DNA from: Oligoflexales bacterium
Lineage (GTDB): Bacteria; Bdellovibrionota_B; Oligoflexia; Oligoflexales; RGVZ01
Length of the DNA: 64,000 nt
Reading direction: 5' to 3'
NCBI GenBank assembly: GCA_044375465.1
Contig: JBILMN010000001.1
Span: 47,052-111,051 of the forward strand
Shown here: positions 56,719 through 64,000 of the stretch, in pieces
Numbering within the stretch: the stretch's first letter is position 1
Layout of the letters: the number at the start of each line of letters is the position of its first letter
Notes under the pieces: model-generated
Database searches by the model: none
Seen by the model: only the letters and a program-made list of their open reading frames with translations
What the model was told of the DNA's origin: nothing
Translations under genes and position numbers: made by a program

Positions 56719-57699
56719 TTATTTTACGAGACATTCAATCAGAGCTTTGAATGCATCAACTGAAATCTCTGTGTGGAGCAATCGGTGTTTAATGAAGTCC
56801 AACGCCTCGAACCGATTTCGTTTGTTTTGATAGCTCCTTGATGATGTCAAGGCGTCAAACACGTCCGCCAACGTGGCTATTTGAACCTCTGGAAGCAAAG
56901 ACTCTTTGGTTAAGCCATGGGGATATCCACTGCCGTTCAATCGCTCATGATGATGTATGACGATTTCGCGGGAAACATGATGAAGGCAAGAGTCATCAAT
57001 CTTTTTTAAACCCTCAACCGGGTGACTACGCATGAGCACCCATTCCGATTCCAGAAGAGGTCCTGACTTATTAATGACTTCTAGTGGGACACTGGATTTT
57101 CCGACATCATGGAATATCCCACCAAGGGCGATGCTTCTGAGGGAGTCCTCATCTGAAAAACCCATCTGAACGGCGACTGCAGTCGCATACGCCGACACAC
57201 GTATTGAGTGAAGGTAGGTGTAGGCATCATGATTTGCAAGACCACTGATCGCCTTGATGCATCCTGGGTCTTCCTGGACGCAATCGACCACGGCATTTGC
57301 CAATTCTTGTGCCTTTCTTACGACGCTTTCAGTCAGCTCCCCCTCAAAGAGATATCTGGTGAATGTGGCGCCGATATCTTGGATACTTTGCAGTCGATCC
57401 TCAGGTTTTTGCAAGCGTGACACAACTGGAAGCTTTGCCATCTTTTCATAGATTGCAGCTTTGGAGGTATCCTCAGGCCGAATCCAAAAATGCTCATATC
57501 CACCATTGATTAGCCCATTGAGCTCCGAGCGCACCCATCTGTAACCTTGGCCACTGTAAAGAATCAAATGCTGACCGACGTTCACAAACATATCAAAATC
57601 AGTTACGGAATTATCGATAAGCCGATCCACGGAGAAGCGAAAAAACCGCGCTTCGAGGTTGTTGGCCGCATTAAAATGTTGAGGCGCGTGATAGGACAA
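56719..57699 (-). CDS. HD-GYP domain c-di-GMP phosphodiesterase
   Basis: H..RV, GGIFHDVGK, and HHHERLNGSGYPHGL (HD and GYP motifs). Confidence 0.85.
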   Translation of the reverse strand: MSYHAPQHFNAANNLEARFFRFSVDRLIDNSVTDFDMFVNVGQHLILYSGQGYRWVRSELNGLINGGYEHFWIRPEDTSKAAIYEKMAKLPVVSRLQKPEDRLQSIQDIGATFTRYLFEGELTESVVRKAQELANAVVDCVQEDPGCIKAISGLANHDAYTYLHSIRVSAYATAVAVQMGFSDEDSLRSIALGGIFHDVGKSSVPLEVINKSGPLLESEWVLMRSHPVEGLKKIDDSCLHHVSREIVIHHHERLNGSGYPHGLTKESLLPEVQIATLADVFDALTSSRSYQNKRNRFEALDFIKHRLLHTEISVDAFKALIECLVK

Positions 57700-57794
57700 G
57701 TGCTCGAATCCTCCAAAGACTCTGAAGTCTTCGGCAGTTCTTCAAAATGATTGAGGCATGAAGGCCAAGCCCTCGATAATTCAAACAAAAAAGA

Positions 57795-58169
57795 TCATTT
57801 ATCGGACAAAACACCGTCAGCATCTCTGTCAATGTCTCGATCATTTTCACTGTCCCCATCATCTGGTGAATAAAGATCTTGAAAGGAGATATCAACATCC
57901 GTATCCACAGTCCCGACCAATTTTGCCTGACAAGAGAGCCTGACATCTCCTGCAGTCGATAAACGCATGCGCAGCAATAAGGCTGATTCATCGACTCCCA
58001 TTGGGTGAAAAGCTGCCGGATTGCCAACTTTCACGCCGCAGGTGCCACAGCGACAAGACGCGCATCCAAACCGAATGCGAATATTGTTTTTGCGGGCTGC
58101 GACCAAGAGTTTCTGATCGCCAACAGCTTCAGCAACTTTGTTCTCAGGTAAAAATTTGATCTTAGCCAT
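57795..58169 (-). CDS. 2Fe-2S ferredoxin with an acidic C-terminal tail
   Basis: C-x4-C-x2-C (CASCRCGTC) plus a distal Cys (RLSCQAK). The start overlaps the dapD stop (TGATG). Confidence 0.7.
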   Translation of the reverse strand: MAKIKFLPENKVAEAVGDQKLLVAARKNNIRIRFGCASCRCGTCGVKVGNPAAFHPMGVDESALLLRMRLSTAGDVRLSCQAKLVGTVDTDVDISFQDLYSPDDGDSENDRDIDRDADGVLSDK

Positions 58170-59014
58170 CAGACTGAAACCGCAAAATCACGAAGCGCAG
58201 CGTTTAAAGATGTCTTGAGATCTGTGGATAATTTGCGTTCACCAAGGATGTAGGCGCATTGGGTGTGGATTTTTCCGCCCCCATGGGGCGCGTCTTTTTC
58301 CAAGGTTCCAGGAACGACAACACATCGATCGGGAATAAACCCCTTTGTGATTGAACGCGTTGAATCTCTGAGATCCACGATCGGTGTTGATGCTGTCAAC
58401 GTGACATTCGCCCCCAAAACCGCCTCACGACCCACACGAACACCCTCAACCACGATGGCCCTTGAGCCGATAAAAGCACCATCTTCAATGATGACCGGCG
58501 CGGCTTGTGCTGGCTCAAGCACCCCGCCAATCCCAACCCCACCACTCAAATGCACGCCGGCACCAATTTGCGCGCAACTTCCAACAGTGGCCCATGTATC
58601 CACCATACTCCCGGGACCAACCCAAGCACCAATATTTACATAGCTTGGCATCATCACCACGCCCGCCCCAAGAAATGAACCAAATCGAGCCACCGCGGGT
58701 GGAACAACTCTCACGTTGAGCTCTTTGAAGTTGCGTTTGAGAGGGATTTTATCCCTAAACACAAATGGCCCCACCTCCATGTCGCGCATTTCCGTGACGG
58801 CAAAGAACATCATGATGGCTTGTTTGATCCATGCATGGGTGTGCCATTGGCCGTCGGCTTTTTCAGCAACCCGGATCCATCCATTATCGAGCGCTGTCAT
58901 CACTTGCTCAATGTGCTGCCGGCCTTCGATCGCTGCATTTGCCTGACCGGCTTCAATGCCGCTTTGGATTCTTTCGATCTGAGTCTTTAACGACTCGAAA
59001 TCCTGCTGATTCAT
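58169..59014 (-). CDS. dapD: 2,3,4,5-tetrahydropyridine-2,6-dicarboxylate N-succinyltransferase
   Basis: GGGAGG RBS before the ATG at 59014. RVAEKADGQWHTHAWIKQAIMMFF, and hexapeptide repeats ...MPSYVNIGAWVG...GSCAQIGAGVHLSGGVGIGGVLEP. Confidence 0.9.
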   Translation of the reverse strand: MNQQDFESLKTQIERIQSGIEAGQANAAIEGRQHIEQVMTALDNGWIRVAEKADGQWHTHAWIKQAIMMFFAVTEMRDMEVGPFVFRDKIPLKRNFKELNVRVVPPAVARFGSFLGAGVVMMPSYVNIGAWVGPGSMVDTWATVGSCAQIGAGVHLSGGVGIGGVLEPAQAAPVIIEDGAFIGSRAIVVEGVRVGREAVLGANVTLTASTPIVDLRDSTRSITKGFIPDRCVVVPGTLEKDAPHGGGKIHTQCAYILGERKLSTDLKTSLNAALRDFAVSV

Positions 59015-59050
59015 ACGCAAATACCTCCCGTCTTTTTCTAGCACATGAGC

Positions 59051-60256
59051 TTAGTGATGTTTCTCAATAAATTTTGTCATGATTTCCATCGCGGTCAGAG
59101 TTGACTGGTCGTCAGGGACCATCGCAAGACGGAAATACCCCGTCATACCCTCGCTCAACCAAGAGCTTGGGCTTGCAATGATCCCGAGATTGGCAAGGTC
59201 TAACACGAATCTCACATCGTCGCCCTTGAACGCGTCAGGAATTTTGCACCAAAGATAGAAAGCCGCGCTGGGTATCGCGTCTAATAATCCCACTCTTTGC
59301 AGATGCGGAGCGGCGAGCTTCAGGCGATGCGAGAAAATCTTACGTCGCTCGGCCACATGGGATTCGTCTGACCATGCCACAGTGGCGCCAGCTTGAATAA
59401 AATCCGGTGAACCCACACCAAAGTTAGCCCTAGCTTGAACGATAGATTGAATGATTCTTGCGTCACCTGCAATCATGCCACTTCGATATCCCGTCAAACC
59501 GGATCTCTTGGAAAGACTCATGAATGAGAGGACTCGGTCTGATGAAAATTTAATGGGCGTCAATGGTCGCTGATCAAACTTGGGGTCCGTATTGATTTTT
59601 TGATCTAGCTCAGCATTGTAGATATCCACATAACAATCATCAGACAGTAAAATCGTATCAGTCTTATGACACCACTCGATCAGTCTCTGCCAATAATCAA
59701 ACGTAGCGGTCGCCCCCGTAGGATTGTGTGGGTGGTTGATCCAGATTGCCGCCGCCGATCGCTGAATATCGGACGGCAAATCCCACGGCTCGATGCGAAA
59801 ATCTGTTTTCTCCGTCACTCGAACAGGATAAGGAATGCCTCCGGCATAAAGAGCCGACGCACGGTAGACCGGATAGCCTGGATCGGGATAAATGAGGTGC
59901 TTCTTGCCTGACCTCCCGATCAGACACAACCCAATATTAAAGATCGCCTCTTTGGTACCACCTGCCGGGATCAGCGCGATATCGGCGTTTCTTGCAATTG
60001 CGAATCGGCTCTCGAGATACCGCCACTGGGACTCTCGCAGGGCATCCGTACCGCGAACACTTGGATACTGGCTAATATCTGGTATGGCCTGAATGATCGC
60101 GTCCCGAATAGGCTTCCAAGTTGGAATTTTTGGATCGCCCGTACCGAAATCATAAATCGGTTTGCCTTGCTTCGACAAATTTCCCTTTATTTTGCTCAAT
60201 TCCTCCATAGGATAGGGGCGCATCTGTTTGGTGACACTGTTGACCAACTCTGTCAT
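59051..60256 (-). CDS. dapC: Class I/II aminotransferase, probably succinyldiaminopimelate transaminase
   Basis: PLP-lysine context SLSKRSGLTGYRSG, N.PHNPTG, and the position directly upstream of dapD. Confidence 0.65.
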   Translation of the reverse strand: MTELVNSVTKQMRPYPMEELSKIKGNLSKQGKPIYDFGTGDPKIPTWKPIRDAIIQAIPDISQYPSVRGTDALRESQWRYLESRFAIARNADIALIPAGGTKEAIFNIGLCLIGRSGKKHLIYPDPGYPVYRASALYAGGIPYPVRVTEKTDFRIEPWDLPSDIQRSAAAIWINHPHNPTGATATFDYWQRLIEWCHKTDTILLSDDCYVDIYNAELDQKINTDPKFDQRPLTPIKFSSDRVLSFMSLSKRSGLTGYRSGMIAGDARIIQSIVQARANFGVGSPDFIQAGATVAWSDESHVAERRKIFSHRLKLAAPHLQRVGLLDAIPSAAFYLWCKIPDAFKGDDVRFVLDLANLGIIASPSSWLSEGMTGYFRLAMVPDDQSTLTAMEIMTKFIEKHH

Positions 60257-60271
60257 GATTTTATTTCCTCT

Positions 60272-61138
60272 CTACTTCTGTAATGCGCCGTAGGCTGCGG
60301 CTCCGCCTATTTTTCCCCTTAACGTCCAAAGCTCTGGGAAAAAACGTTTTTGCAATGTGGCGGAAAGATATTTCACGCCACTAGAACCACCGGTACCGAT
60401 ACGCGAACCAATCATGCGCTCAACCATAGCCACGTGACGATACCGCCACAGTGTAAATTGTTGGTCCAAATCACATAATGCTTCAAGCAATAAATACAAT
60501 TCATAGTGCTTCGTGTGATTCTCATAGATCGACTTAAACACAGCTTCAAGCTCCTCCGAAGGCTCCCACTCAGCTGTAACATCCCGGGACAAAATTGCCG
60601 CTGGAACTGGATAATTTCGTCGGGCTAGAAAGCCGATGAGATGATCATTGAAACTGGGCTTCAGCCGCGCCATCTCAATCACCTCCCATGATTTGGGATA
60701 AGCCTTGAAAAACTTCAAATAAGCGGGATCTTTCAGGCCCATCCGAAATTCCAGAACACGAAACTGGTGACTTTGAAATCCGGAAGCGGGATTGAGTCGC
60801 GAGCGAAAACGATTAAAATCATTGGGTGTCATTGTCTCCAGAATGCTCACTTGTTGAGTCAAGACGTTCTGAATCGCTGTCATACGCTTTAGCGTCTTGA
60901 GCGCACCAAACGGACTATCTTGGTCAAGTTCTGCCTCGGCCAGATCCAGCTCATGCAGGAGTTGTTTGAACCATAGTTCATAGGTTTGATGAATGATGAT
61001 AAAAAGTATCTCGTCATGCTCAGTTGGATTTGAAAGGGGCTGTTGCAGGTTTAGCAATTCATCAACCTTCAAATAAGATCCATAGGTCACCATGGACCCC
61101 TGAGGTGCAATGATCCCATCTTCAATATAACTAGACAT
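60272..61138 (-). CDS. kynA: Tryptophan 2,3-dioxygenase
   Basis: YGSYLKVDELLNLQ, HDEILFIIIHQTYELWFKQLLHEL, RFR..L.PASGFQS.QFR, GTGGSSG. The start is taken at the Met at 61138 (GGAG RBS). Confidence 0.9.
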   Translation of the reverse strand: MSSYIEDGIIAPQGSMVTYGSYLKVDELLNLQQPLSNPTEHDEILFIIIHQTYELWFKQLLHELDLAEAELDQDSPFGALKTLKRMTAIQNVLTQQVSILETMTPNDFNRFRSRLNPASGFQSHQFRVLEFRMGLKDPAYLKFFKAYPKSWEVIEMARLKPSFNDHLIGFLARRNYPVPAAILSRDVTAEWEPSEELEAVFKSIYENHTKHYELYLLLEALCDLDQQFTLWRYRHVAMVERMIGSRIGTGGSSGVKYLSATLQKRFFPELWTLRGKIGGAAAYGALQK

Positions 61139-61370
61139 CCTAGCACTCCATAGTGTCAACAATGCGATATTTGCGAAGCCATAATCCTAACATTAAAAAA
61201 AACCGTAAGGTAGTTTGAAATGATCGATAAAGACCTATAAATATTCTTTAATTTTGATTTATTTGGAATAATCTCATCAACCCGTCGTTCCTCTTCGCGA
61301 TACCAAGCCGTTGACCGACTGGTCCACCAACATACTCAATTTAAATGCCGGGCCGCTAAGCGTCCATTCA

Positions 61371-61400
61371 TTGCCGTCAAACTTCAAATATTGATACAAT
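61371..61400 (+). promoter_or_regulatory. Candidate extended -10 sigma-70 promoter for the CheX-like/CheA-like genes
   Basis: TTGCCG (61371-61376), an 18-nt spacer ending in TGa, then TACAAT (61395-61400), about 48 nt upstream of the ATG at 61448. Confidence 0.35.
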
Positions 61401-61447
61401 CTTGGGATCCCCTATAGCATTTTCTTTAGAGAAGGCCGATCACCCGC

Positions 61448-62041
61448 ATGGAACCACCTACCCATATCAATGTCGACGATGGTGTCGCGAGAATCAGATC
61501 GTTGGCTCAATGTTCGCCAGGCCTTGTGGCACAGTTTCGGTCTTTTTCAGTCAAGAGATTTCAGTCAGTTTCCTCCATCCCGGACATTTCTGTCGCTGAA
61601 AGACCGAACTGGGATGATTTCTGCTACGGATCAAGACTCGCGATGATCACGATTGCTGGACTGAATTTTCAAATCATGATCAAGGCGCACTTTGACCCAC
61701 TAACCTGTATTCAGGCTTTTGCGGCTGATAAAAGTATTCGTTGGTTTGAGGATTCACTGAGGGAATATTGCAACCTTTTAGCTGGAGCATTGAAAAAAGT
61801 TTTCCAAAATCAAAATATTCTCTGTGGCATCAGCTTACCAATTGTAACCGCGGGCTCGGACGAACTATTTTTTTCCGACCAAATTCGATCAAACCGGTTC
61901 ACAGAATGTTTCGATCTTAAATTTTCAAATGTGGGAATGACCATGATGATGACCGTTGATGTCGTCAATGACGAAATCGAGAGAATAATCGCTAAGATTC
62001 AAGACAAAGAAGAGGAAGCGGAAGAGGTAGAATTTTTGTAA
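61448..62041 (+). CDS. CheX/CheC-family phosphatase-like protein
   Basis: DSLREYCN...(21 aa)...P fits the CheC/CheX active-site pattern D/S-x3-E-x2-N-x22-P to within one residue. The surrounding beta-alpha pattern resembles CheX. Confidence 0.45.
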   Translation: MEPPTHINVDDGVARIRSLAQCSPGLVAQFRSFSVKRFQSVSSIPDISVAERPNWDDFCYGSRLAMITIAGLNFQIMIKAHFDPLTCIQAFAADKSIRWFEDSLREYCNLLAGALKKVFQNQNILCGISLPIVTAGSDELFFSDQIRSNRFTECFDLKFSNVGMTMMMTVDVVNDEIERIIAKIQDKEEEAEEVEFL

Positions 62042-62081
62042 ATGAAATGATTTCAGTTAATAGGCACGGGATAGATCAAGC

Positions 62082-64000
62082 ATGCAATCAACAACAAACT
62101 CCATCATGAGCAGTGAAGAATTAGCCAGTCACAGCATTCGCGCAAACCACCAGCTAATTAGCGACATTATTCGCATCAAAGATGCCGTAGAAGCGTCCAA
62201 TGAGCACATGCCGGGACTTTCGGGACTCATAAAAAAAGACGGAACCATCATCCGCGCTAATCGCCAAACTGCCAGCGCCCTGAATTACGCTGGAGAAAAC
62301 ATGTTCGGAGTCTCACTAAGCGAAAAGATTTCAGTCGAATCCTGGAAACTGCTTTCATTTGCCATTACGAATCACGGCTCACACACGCCTGCCGAAATGT
62401 CTGCTATCGATACCGCAATAGAAGCCCCTATTGAGACCCCACAAGGAAAAAGAGTTTTTTTATGGAAATTTCGACCGTTCACGTGGGTGTCTGCGCGAAG
62501 AGGTGAGATTTATTCTTTCCACGCGACTGACATTACTGAGAGAAAAAACTTCGAGCAAAAAGTCGCGAGTTTTTTTTCGTCGATTCCTCTTGGAATTGTG
62601 ACAGTTGGATCAGACAGGAAGATTTCATGGCCATACAGCGCCTTCGCGGAGATACTTCTTGATCGTAAATCGCTAGAAGGCGTGAGCGCCGAGGACGCTA
62701 TTTTCGGCAAAGCAAAGCCATTCATGACTTCTGATCAGATCGCTGGAATCCATATCTTTCTGGACATGATCGGATCTGATCCTATTTGGTTTGATGTGAA
62801 TAAGCAGGCACTGCCCCAGGAAATCGGTTTTAGCAGAGACGGTGCAAAAGAGCCTGATTTTTGGCTTGCAATTATGTACAGCCCCATCGTTGAGGACGGC
62901 ATTATAAGGTCCTTCCTATTGATTTTAGAAGATGTGACCGAGCGAGTTTTAAAGCGCCAAACCCAGTCAAATGCAAAATCAAAAGAGCAATTGATTGCTG
63001 AAATCATCCTGGATCTGGAAAGCGCTGGGGCACCCCTCATCGCAACCTGTTCCGTCGATCTTCAATCCCTATTTGCCGATTTAAATAAACACGAATCAAA
63101 TGGATCACCAGTCCGATCAGTGTGCAATACACTGCACGGAATCAAAGGTGTTTCCCGGATCATGAACCTCCGCGACTTCAAAGAGCGGGTCCATGACCTT
63201 GAGGACCGTTTCTTGGGAAACGAGGCGGGACTTGATGCGCCGCTGCAACCATGGATGATTGCCGAGCTTCACGCTCTTCACGCCTCATGGTTGGAGATTT
63301 CTCGCTACATCAATGTGTTCAAGTCTCCAGACAAAAATGTCCGAGCTATTGACTCTGAAAGCCATGGCCGGCTTATGGAGAAGCGAAATCTCATCGAGAG
63401 TCGTCTGAAGGAAATGATCCCGCTGCTCCCACCGGAAGTCGCGCAGCAGATGACGTTTTTGACCCGAGAGGTTTCTTCTTTGGGGCGCGAACCATTAAGT
63501 CATCTTGAACCAAAACTGGCGAATTGGTTCGAGCAAACAGCAAAGAAACTTGGCAAGCAGGCGAAACTCTCATTCAAATGGAAAGACGCCTTCATTGAAC
63601 CGATGCATGCCCAGGCATTGTCTGAGGTATTTATGCATTTGATCAATAACGCATTAGATCACGGCATTGAGCCGGCAGAACTGCGCGCCGAAATTCAAAA
63701 AAATGAAACGGCGTCTGTGACCATCACAGCCACGCCGGTCGAACAGGGAGTCTTTTTTCGATTTGAAGATGACGGTCGGGGTATGAATCGAGAGGCTCTG
63801 TACAAGAAGGCCTTGGGACGAGGACTTAATCTCGACCGTTCTAAAATGAGTGATGACGACATTCTGCTGCTAGCATTACTGCCAGGACTCACAACAAAAG
63901 ATCAGGTCACAGACACGTCTGGTCGAGGAATCGGCCTCGATGCCATCGATGAAAAGATTAAATCTTTCGGAGGGCATGGACTAAAGATCGCCTGGTCAGG
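62082..64000 (+). CDS. PAS-PAS-Hpt-CheA-type histidine kinase; 3' end lies outside the window
   Basis: The frame is open from the ATG at 62082 to the window end. Two PAS-like segments, Hpt (CNTLHGIKGVSRIMNLRDFKERVHDLED), and CheA-type catalytic core (HLINNALDHGIEP, FEDDGRGMN, TDTSGRGIGLDAI). Confidence 0.8.
   Translation, partial: MQSTTNSIMSSEELASHSIRANHQLISDIIRIKDAVEASNEHMPGLSGLIKKDGTIIRANRQTASALNYAGENMFGVSLSEKISVESWKLLSFAITNHGSHTPAEMSAIDTAIEAPIETPQGKRVFLWKFRPFTWVSARRGEIYSFHATDITERKNFEQKVASFFSSIPLGIVTVGSDRKISWPYSAFAEILLDRKSLEGVSAEDAIFGKAKPFMTSDQIAGIHIFLDMIGSDPIWFDVNKQALPQEIGFSRDGAKEPDFWLAIMYSPIVEDGIIRSFLLILEDVTERVLKRQTQSNAKSKEQLIAEIILDLESAGAPLIATCSVDLQSLFADLNKHESNGSPVRSVCNTLHGIKGVSRIMNLRDFKERVHDLEDRFLGNEAGLDAPLQPWMIAELHALHASWLEISRYINVFKSPDKNVRAIDSESHGRLMEKRNLIESRLKEMIPLLPPEVAQQMTFLTREVSSLGREPLSHLEPKLANWFEQTAKKLGKQAKLSFKWKDAFIEPMHAQALSEVFMHLINNALDHGIEPAELRAEIQKNETASVTITATPVEQGVFFRFEDDGRGMNREALYKKALGRGLNLDRSKMSDDDILLLALLPGLTTKDQVTDTSGRGIGLDAIDEKIKSFGGHGLKIAWS

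Noticed and set aside
61163-61447. The AT-rich kynA/cheX-like spacer considered as an origin-like or dif-like region.
   Set aside because: It has no cluster of DnaA boxes (TTATCCACA) and no XerCD dif-like palindrome. It is adequately explained as a divergent promoter region.

Overview
The window is mostly core chromosome from a Gram-negative bacterium. It has about 60 protein genes, one tRNA, and no rRNA, CRISPR array or intact mobile element. RodZ, Tol-Pal-type CpoB/YbgF-like lipoproteins, many exported hydrolases, PilZ and HD-GYP c-di-GMP proteins and a sigma-54 activator suggest a Bdellovibrionota/Oligoflexia-like or delta-proteobacteria-like organism, but that is only a guess.

Recognisable blocks:
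- ctaB (3' end) and an Nfu-type Fe-S protein.
- rsmA-tsaD-cpoB-like on the minus strand, and a DEAD-box helicase.
- An exported-hydrolase cluster (DUF900, DUF1080).
- A RuBisCO-like protein, mtnB and lipB.
- A tiny H-box protein coupled to an NtrC-type activator.
- ctp protease, TPR lipoprotein and rodZ.
- panC-plsB-rsgA-acyl-CoA dehydrogenase.
- An envelope block: O-antigen-ligase-like, PilZ, CpoB-like, LysM.
- dprA, smg-like and an orphan VirB11/CpaF-like ATPase.
- A roughly 10-kb minus-strand array: rimP-nusA-infB-rbfA-truB-metK-HAMP protein-ruvA-ruvB.
- A PilZ protein, a secreted S1 protease with an in-frame 18-bp tandem repeat, and a TPR plus winged-helix regulator.
- An eroded accessory islet at the 3' end of tRNA-His.
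- Two translationally coupled exported proteins with no recognisable domains.
- HD-GYP, ferredoxin, dapD, dapC and kynA.
- A CheX-like plus PAS-Hpt-CheA-like module that runs off the window end.

I found no clearly novel defence or mobile system. The best candidates for follow-up are the unknown exported two-gene module next to the tRNA-His islet, the stand-alone H-box mini-protein coupled to the sigma-54 activator, the dprA-smg-ATPase trio, the RLP-MtnB pair and the repeat-bearing protease. All calls come from reading the translations by eye. No database search was possible.
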